From NCBI GenBank assembly GCA_964291405.2, contig OZ219926.1, positions 4,416,001-4,480,000 of the forward strand: a DNA stretch of 64,000 bases, written 5' to 3'. Below the pieces are notes generated by a model. It was given only the letters and a program-made list of their open reading frames with translations, searched no databases and had not been told where the DNA came from. Shown piece after piece: positions 57,907-64,000 of the stretch. The DNA comes from Thermodesulfobacteriota bacterium. Its GTDB lineage: Bacteria > Desulfobacterota > Binatia > Bin18. How positions within the stretch are numbered: position 1 is the stretch's first letter; each line of letters starts with the position of its first letter. The position numbers were made by a program, and so were the translations under genes.

Positions 57907-58500
57907 CTACGCTGAGAGCAGACCAACCGCGCGGAGGGCGGTTGTGACCTCGTCCATGGGTAAGCCGATAATGTTGGTGTGTGAGCCGGAGACCTGAGCA
58001 ACGAGATCGCGCCCCTTGCCTTGAATGGCATAGGCGCCGGCCTTGTCAAAGGGCTCTCCGGTGGCGAGATAGGCGGTTACCTCCGATTCCGACAGCTCCT
58101 TAAAGGTGACCTGACTGGTGACAATCTCGGCGGCAGTCGTCTTGCCGGTGGGGTCCAATAAGACAAAGGCTGTCAGGACTTGATGGGGGTGCCCCGAGAG
58201 GGCGGTGAGCATCTGTCGCGCGTTGTCCAGGTCTGCCGGCTTACCGAAAACCTGGCCTTCCAACACGACTATGGTATCCGCGGCCAAGACCCACAAACCC
58301 GGATGCCGCTCGGCGACCGTGTGGGCCTTTTCCGCGGCAATACGCGCCACATAGGTCTCCGGAGTTTCCTCACGGTGACGGGTTTCCTCCGTGTGGCTGG
58401 GGATAACCCGAAACCGGAGGGGGGTCTGTTGTAACAACTCCCGCCGCCGAGGCGAGGCCGAAGCCAGGATGAGACGGGGAGGACTTTCTTCAGATGACAT
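57907..58500 (-). CDS. maf: Maf family nucleoside triphosphate pyrophosphatase
   Basis: LILASASPRRRELL, AADTIV, DKAGAYAIQG, NIIGLP. Confidence 0.94.
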   Translation of the reverse strand: MSSEESPPRLILASASPRRRELLQQTPLRFRVIPSHTEETRHREETPETYVARIAAEKAHTVAERHPGLWVLAADTIVVLEGQVFGKPADLDNARQMLTALSGHPHQVLTAFVLLDPTGKTTAAEIVTSQVTFKELSESEVTAYLATGEPFDKAGAYAIQGKGRDLVAQVSGSHTNIIGLPMDEVTTALRAVGLLSA

Positions 58501-58504
58501 ATAT

Positions 58505-59533
58505 TCACTTGAAGTGCGGAATGACTTCCGCTCCGAATTGGCGAATACAGGCGACGACGCGCTCTGGCGCCGGACCGAGCGGAAGGCGGAAACGCATGAT
58601 AATATAGTCTGCTCCGACGACCTCTTTCCACATCTCAAGCTGTTCTATGCACTCGCTGGGTGAGCCCATGACCAGGTATTTGCTCAGCTTTTTCACTGTG
58701 AAATCCGCCTCCGACGTAAATTCTTCGTTTGGGGAGAGGAGTTTCCAGCGCCAGTAGAAGAGCATCTCTTCCACCCACAACGGCCCAAACGTGTCTTCGG
58801 CCTCTTTACGGGTGGGGGCGACCCAGCCGTCCCGCATGAGTACCACTTTAGGAGAGCGACCGTGTTTCGCCGCACTCTCACGATACAGGCCGGCCTGAGC
58901 CCGCAAATTCGGTATGGGGTCCCAGAAGGGCAGAATACCCCAGGCATCACCCAGCCGGCCGGCTCGTTTGATAGCCTCGGGATACGCGGCTCCAATCCAC
59001 AGCGGCGGCCCGCCTGCCTGATAGGGTTTTGGGGTCAACATGACATGGTCGAACTGGAAACGCTTGCCGTGGTAGGAGAACGGCGTGTGGCTGCTCCAGG
59101 CCAGACGTAGGATATCGAGACTCTCTTCAAAGCGAGAGAAGCGCTGCTTATACGGCTCGTTGAACAGCCGAAAATAGTCGGGGTGGTAGCCGAGCCCAAC
59201 GCCTAATATGACCCGGCCTTTGGACATCAGGTCAATCATGGCCACATCTTCAGCCAGATGCATGGGGTTGTAATACGGCGTTTGTAGAACAAAGGTGCCA
59301 AGATCAACCCGCTCGGTGCGAGTGGCATAGCCGGCCAGCATGACCAAGGGCGGCGGGAACATAGTCTCGGTGCGGTGGTGCCGCTCGGGCAGAAAGACGC
59401 CGTCAAAGCCGGCCTGCTCTGCCTCAATACCCTCGTTCAGCAATTGGTCGCAGAACTGCGCGACTACCTCGGGGGAGGGCTCGGGCTGATTATACGGACC
59501 ACCGTGGGTGTCAGGCATATAACCGATTTTCAT
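58505..59533 (-). CDS. LLM-class flavin-dependent oxidoreductase
   Basis: AEQAGFDGVFLPERH, NPMHLAEDVAMID, GRVILGVGLGY, PKPYQ. Confidence 0.9.
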   Translation of the reverse strand: MKIGYMPDTHGGPYNQPEPSPEVVAQFCDQLLNEGIEAEQAGFDGVFLPERHHRTETMFPPPLVMLAGYATRTERVDLGTFVLQTPYYNPMHLAEDVAMIDLMSKGRVILGVGLGYHPDYFRLFNEPYKQRFSRFEESLDILRLAWSSHTPFSYHGKRFQFDHVMLTPKPYQAGGPPLWIGAAYPEAIKRAGRLGDAWGILPFWDPIPNLRAQAGLYRESAAKHGRSPKVVLMRDGWVAPTRKEAEDTFGPLWVEEMLFYWRWKLLSPNEEFTSEADFTVKKLSKYLVMGSPSECIEQLEMWKEVVGADYIIMRFRLPLGPAPERVVACIRQFGAEVIPHFK

Positions 59534-59590
59534 GGATCTGGTCTCTCCTCGGAATGACAACGGTTCAGGATACTCTAGCGGCGCAAGGCG

Positions 59591-60757
59591 TTAGTACGAC
59601 TTCGGTAGCCCGAGTACGTGTTCGCCCACGTAATTCAGCACCATTTCCTGTGAGATAGGCGCAATACGAAAGAGCCGCGCCTCGCGCCAGTAGCGTTCCA
59701 CGTCGTACTCTTTGATATAGCCATAGCCGCCGTGAGCTTGAATCGCCCGGTCGGCCGCTTCACAGGCGGCCTCCGCGGCCATATACTTCGAGATGTTGGC
59801 TTCTTTGCCACAGGGCTGACCCTGGTCGTATAAAGAGGCGGCTTTCTGAACCATAAGTTCAGCGGTTTCCAGCTTGGCAAAGGATTCGGCCAGTGGGAAT
59901 TGAATGCCCTGGTTTTTGCCAATCGGGCGTCCAAAGACCTCGCGTTCTTTGGCGTACTGCACCGCCTTCTCGATTGCGCGTTTGCCCATGCCGACACACT
60001 CGGCCGCAATCAGAATGCGTTCCGGATTGATTCCATCAAGAATGTAGTAAAAGCCCCGACCTTCTTCGCCAATTAAATCCTCCTTGGCCACGTACAGATT
60101 GTCGATAAACAGCATATTGGTATCAACCGCCTTACGGCCGAGCTTGTGGAGTTCCTGGATTTCCACGGCCTCGGGGTCGATGTCGGCAAAGAAGAGACTC
60201 ATCCCCAGCGTTTTCTTTTCCACTTGATCAAACGGGGTGGTCCGCGTTAGCAGCAGCATTTTCTTGGACTCTTGGGCCTTGGTAATAAAGACCTTCTGAC
60301 CGTTAATGAGATACCCGTCGCCGCTCTTGGCGGCGAAGGTGCTGATCTGGGTCGTATTTGTGCCCGCATCCGGCTCGGTCACGGCAAACGACACATGGAT
60401 GTCTCCCCTGAGAATGGGGGCGAGGTATTTGTCCTTGGCCGCCTGAGTGCCGTATTTGATGAGCGGCTCCAGACCGAAGATGCCCAGATGAATGGCCGAG
60501 CAGGCCTGCGTGCCGCCGCCACACTCCGCCACTGTCTGCATGACGAGCGCGGCTTCGGTAATGCCCAGACCGGCCCCGCCGTATTCTCTGGGGATGGTGA
60601 CGCCCAGCCAGCCCCCGTCGGCAACGGCCTGGTAAAACTCCCAGGGGAATTCCCCGCTCTCATCTCGCTCCCGCCAGTACTCGTCCGGAAAACGTGAACA
60701 CAGCGCACGGACCTGTTTGCGAATCTCTTCCTGCTCGTCTGTCAACTGGAAATCCAT
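59591..60757 (-). CDS. Acyl-CoA dehydrogenase
   Basis: FAVTEPDAG, INGQKVFIT, NPERILIA, QAHGGYGY..EY.VER. Confidence 0.94.
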   Translation of the reverse strand: MDFQLTDEQEEIRKQVRALCSRFPDEYWRERDESGEFPWEFYQAVADGGWLGVTIPREYGGAGLGITEAALVMQTVAECGGGTQACSAIHLGIFGLEPLIKYGTQAAKDKYLAPILRGDIHVSFAVTEPDAGTNTTQISTFAAKSGDGYLINGQKVFITKAQESKKMLLLTRTTPFDQVEKKTLGMSLFFADIDPEAVEIQELHKLGRKAVDTNMLFIDNLYVAKEDLIGEEGRGFYYILDGINPERILIAAECVGMGKRAIEKAVQYAKEREVFGRPIGKNQGIQFPLAESFAKLETAELMVQKAASLYDQGQPCGKEANISKYMAAEAACEAADRAIQAHGGYGYIKEYDVERYWREARLFRIAPISQEMVLNYVGEHVLGLPKSY

Positions 60758-60944
60758 AGCTGCCCTCCTGCGTGCGCCTCATCTCTACCATTTGGCTGCG
60801 GCCCTGCCAATTCCTCCCAATGCTTCGGGGATCGCTCTGGATCGCCGTCGGATTCCTTGCGTGAAAAAACGACCCCGGATAGGGTACGGACCGAGGTGGC
60901 CGACTCTCAGAACGGCCGCAGACGGAGCGAATCAGGAGGAAGAC

Positions 60945-61694
60945 ATGGCCGGACGATTAGACGGGAAAGTCGCACTTATTTCAGGCGGGGCGAGTGGTAT
61001 TGGCGCGGCCCACGCACGGGTGTTTGCAGCCGAGGGAGCACGGGTCGTTATTGGCGACATCCAGGAGGATAAAGGCCAGGAGGTTGCTGCCGACGTCAAT
61101 AATAATGGAGAAGAGGCGATCTTTGTCCGTTTGGATGTCACGAGTGAAAACGACTGGCAGAACGCCGTTCATGAAGCCGTGGCGCGGTTCGGCAAGCTGA
61201 CCACGCTGATCAATAATGCCGGGGTATACTGGCCGGCTGGGGTCGAGGAGGAAACCCGGGACCAGTGGCAGAAAATGATCGAGATCAATCAGACCGGTGT
61301 CTGGTTGGGCATGAAAACCGCGGTGCCGGCACTGCGCGCATCCGGGAACGCGGCCATTGTGAACATCTCGTCATTGTATGGTTTGATCGGCAGCCCTGGC
61401 TCCATCGCCTATCACGCCTCAAAGGGTGCAGTGCGACTCATGACCAAAGCCGCGGCCTTGGAGTATGTGCGGCAGGGGATACGGGTGAACTCCATCCATC
61501 CCGGCCAGATTGATACGCCTATTCTGGCCGGACTGACCCCGGAGCAGGACGCCGAGATCAAGGAAGCCACGCCCATGGGTCGGCTGGGCCGCCCGGAAGA
61601 AATCGCCTATGGCTCGCTCTATCTGTGTTCCGATGAAGCCTCCTATACTACCGGGACCGAGCTGATCATCGACGGCGGCTGGTTTGCCCAGTAA
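60945..61694 (+). CDS. Short-chain dehydrogenase/reductase
   Basis: SGGASGIG, NNAG, YHASK, VNSIHPG; RBS AGGAGG. Confidence 0.92.
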   Translation: MAGRLDGKVALISGGASGIGAAHARVFAAEGARVVIGDIQEDKGQEVAADVNNNGEEAIFVRLDVTSENDWQNAVHEAVARFGKLTTLINNAGVYWPAGVEEETRDQWQKMIEINQTGVWLGMKTAVPALRASGNAAIVNISSLYGLIGSPGSIAYHASKGAVRLMTKAAALEYVRQGIRVNSIHPGQIDTPILAGLTPEQDAEIKEATPMGRLGRPEEIAYGSLYLCSDEASYTTGTELIIDGGWFAQ

Positions 61695-61735
61695 CGAAGC
61701 CAGTAACGAAGCCAGTAACGAAGCCAGTAACGAAG
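61688..61735 (+). repeat. Perfect 12-bp tandem repeat x4 (CCAGTAACGAAG)
   Basis: Read directly; the first unit contains the SDR stop codon. Confidence 0.92.
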
Positions 61736-61749
61736 AGAGGAGAACGATA

Positions 61750-62211
61750 ATGAACCGACGGAATCAGATTGCCATGACGACAGAAGAACTCTCCACCTAT
61801 CTGAACGAAGCCCGGAATATGTCGCTATGTACCATCGGCAAGGACGGGTATCCGCACGTGGTGGCTATGTCGTATATGGCCAAGGACGGCCTTATTTATA
61901 TGTCGTCCTTCAAGAAGGCCCAAAAAGTCGTAAACGCCAAAAGGAATCCCAAAGTCGCGGTCATGGTCGAATCCGGCCGGGCCTATAGCGAGCTTAAGGG
62001 TGTCCTGATCCGGGGCGACTGTGAAGTAATTGACGAGCCGGAAGCAGTCTGGGAGCTTATGAAAGAGGTGCGGGACTTCCAGGGAACAACGGTGACGCCA
62101 ACGGAGGACGCGGTGCTGAAGGAGCGTGCCAAGAAACGCGCCGTCCTCAAGATTACGCCGGTCAAAACCTCAAGCTGGGATCACACCAAATTGCCGGAAG
62201 GGGTGTACTAG
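61750..62211 (+). CDS. Pyridoxamine 5'-phosphate oxidase-like protein (PPOX class, possibly F420-dependent)
   Basis: TIGKDGYPHVVAM, QKVVN.KRNPKV, ELKGV, SWDHTKL. Confidence 0.87.
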   Translation: MNRRNQIAMTTEELSTYLNEARNMSLCTIGKDGYPHVVAMSYMAKDGLIYMSSFKKAQKVVNAKRNPKVAVMVESGRAYSELKGVLIRGDCEVIDEPEAVWELMKEVRDFQGTTVTPTEDAVLKERAKKRAVLKITPVKTSSWDHTKLPEGVY

Positions 62212-62356
62212 AGCGGTTTACGATACGTTGGAGCCGTGCCAGTCCGCGCTCGTCGGGAAGGACACGGGCCTGCCCCAAGCGTCCCAGGGGGGGCGGGGTG
62301 GGTTCTGCGATCAGGTGAGGCGGTAACCAGCCTTCTTCGTCAGCCATAACAACATC

Positions 62357-63772
62357 TCACCGCTTTTTCTTCTTCCCGTATCGTTGCGGCCGGCGGGCGC
62401 GAAAATCGAGCCGGACCGGCGCACCTTCGAGGTCAAACGCGCCTCTGAGCTGGTTCTCCAAATACCGCTCGTAGTGAGCTGGGACGCCATCCGGCGAGCT
62501 GGTATACACGGCAATTTTGGGTGGCCTGGTTTCAACCTGGGTGGCGTAATAAAAGCGCACTGGCTTGCGGTGATAGATGGGAGCCGGATGGCGGGTAGTC
62601 CACTCGGTAAACGCCTGATTCAAGACGGGTGTTGAAATCTCAGTGCAATGTGCCTGAGCCACGCGGTCAATGGTGGGCAGCAAATGTTTCACGCGCGAGC
62701 CGGTCAGGGCGGACAGAAAAACAATCGGCAGCGGCTGCGTGACCGGAAACTCCTCGCGAAGCGCCTGTATGAATTGGGGCTGATTTTTTCGGTCTGACGG
62801 AATCAGGTCCCATTTATTGACAACAAGCACGATGCCGCGTCCGCGCTCCCAGGCGTAGCGAATGAGACGCGCATCCTGGTCAGTCATGCCCTCCTGGGCG
62901 TCAAAGACCAGCAGGCCAATCTCTGCCCGCTCCAGCGCTTTCAGAGCGATCAGCGCACTGGCCTGCTCAATATGCTCATGAATGCGGGTCCGCCGCCGCA
63001 CGCCGGCGGTATCGACCAGCAGAACGTGCTTGTCCTGCCAGACCAGCCAGCTATCAACGGCGTCGCGCGTCGTCCCCGGAGTGGAGTCCACAATGGAACG
63101 CTCGACTCCCACCAGGCGGTTGAGGAGGGAAGATTTACCAACGTTGGGCCGTCCGATAATGGCCAGCCTGAGGTCCGGTTTGGCAACGGAGGCGGCTACA
63201 TCAAGAGCAGCAGGAGAGGGGGCTTCTGACTGTTCCGAAAAAGTCTCAACCACCGTATCCAGCAATTCGGAAACGCCCCGACCGTGGGCGGCCGAAATGG
63301 GAAAGAAGGAATCGAGGCCCAGGGCGTAGAACTCGTTCGAGGTGAGCTCCTGTTTGTCGCCATCGATCTTATTGACCGCAAAAAAAACAGGCGTGTCACT
63401 CCGTCGCAGCAGATCAACCGCCTGGGCGTCTGCCGGATTGACGCCTTCCTTGCCGTCGAACAGAAAAATAACCCGGTCGGCTTCCGCAATGGCCAGGCGC
63501 GTCTGTTCCTGCACCCGTCCGACAAGTCCTTCCTTTTCGCTCGGATCGATCCCGCCGGTATCCACGAGCAAAAACGGGCTACCCTGCCATTTTACCTGGG
63601 CGAAATTACGGTCCCGAGTGACACCCGGCGTATTGTCCACGACGGCCTTGCGCCGGCGGCTCAGACGATTAAACAGCGTGGACTTGCCAACGTTCGGTCG
63701 CCCGACCAGGGCAACGACCGGCAGGCGTTCGGGTGAGACGGCTTGAACAGGGATTTCGGTTACAGTTTCCAT
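62357..63772 (-). CDS. der: Ribosome biogenesis GTPase Der (EngA)
   Basis: Two GRPNVGKS P-loops, DTGG/DTAG, NKID/NKWD, C-terminal YERYLENQLR. Start approximate. Confidence 0.96.
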   Translation of the reverse strand: METVTEIPVQAVSPERLPVVALVGRPNVGKSTLFNRLSRRRKAVVDNTPGVTRDRNFAQVKWQGSPFLLVDTGGIDPSEKEGLVGRVQEQTRLAIAEADRVIFLFDGKEGVNPADAQAVDLLRRSDTPVFFAVNKIDGDKQELTSNEFYALGLDSFFPISAAHGRGVSELLDTVVETFSEQSEAPSPAALDVAASVAKPDLRLAIIGRPNVGKSSLLNRLVGVERSIVDSTPGTTRDAVDSWLVWQDKHVLLVDTAGVRRRTRIHEHIEQASALIALKALERAEIGLLVFDAQEGMTDQDARLIRYAWERGRGIVLVVNKWDLIPSDRKNQPQFIQALREEFPVTQPLPIVFLSALTGSRVKHLLPTIDRVAQAHCTEISTPVLNQAFTEWTTRHPAPIYHRKPVRFYYATQVETRPPKIAVYTSSPDGVPAHYERYLENQLRGAFDLEGAPVRLDFRARRPQRYGKKKKR

Positions 63773-63836
63773 GTATAGGCCGGCATCATACCATTCAGAC
63801 AAAGTCGCGGGTAAGGGCGGGTTGCCCCGGACAAGC

Positions 63837-63922
63837 CCTTCGACTTCGCTCCGCTACGCTCAGGGTGAACGGACAAGACGCCGCTCGTCCTGAGCGTAGC
63901 CCCGGAGGGGCGAAGTCGAAGG
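63837..63922. repeat. Palindromic repeat element with 13-bp terminal inverted repeats
   Basis: CCTTCGACTTCGC ... GCGAAGTCGAAGG with internal gctacgctcagg/cctgagcgtagc; related to the unit near 19539. Confidence 0.75.
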
Positions 63923-63970
63923 ACGCACTCTGGCTCCCCTCCGAGGAACAGGTAAGGGCAGGGGCACGCC

Positions 63971-63998
63971 CCAATTTCCAACCCCCAATCCCCAACCC
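63971..63998. repeat. Heptamer tandem repeat (CCAANNN x4)
   Basis: ccaattt ccaaccc ccaatcc ccaaccc. Confidence 0.55.
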
Positions 63999-64000
63999 CT

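Noticed and set aside
61688-61735. Possible CRISPR array
   Set aside because: 12-bp units with no spacers; no cas genes in the window.

Overview
GC-rich bacterial chromosome segment. Gene content (outer-membrane proteins, many SDR/LLM/acyl-CoA enzymes, fibronectin/cadherin/ankyrin proteins) suggests a Gram-negative, possibly host-associated lineage; this is inference only. Core genes lie mostly at the right: RNase II-type nuclease, thiC behind a TPP riboswitch, tRNA-Val(CAC), yggT-proC-yggS-maf and der. The middle holds catabolic oxidoreductases. Main accessory features: (1) a 2519-aa secreted protein (FN3, PPC-like, kexin-type S8 protease, P-domain, cadherin-like repeats, duplicated C-terminal domain) with no evident propeptide, preceded by a small secreted propeptide/chaperone-like gene; (2) a second, stand-alone propeptide-like gene; (3) an intact AbiEi/AbiEii type IV TA pair with an operator palindrome, followed by decayed MazE-like and AbiJ-NTD-like genes; (4) several type II TA loci whose toxin is truncated or gone; (5) a ~5 kb island with an ArsR-rhodanese regulator, a degraded FadL-like gene, a TPR-like gene, a resolvase scar and an unknown barrel-like gene; (6) several families of short palindromic repeats/MITEs, one nested in another. 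No CRISPR array, rRNA, intact transposase or integrase was seen. Family calls come from motif recognition by eye, not database searches.
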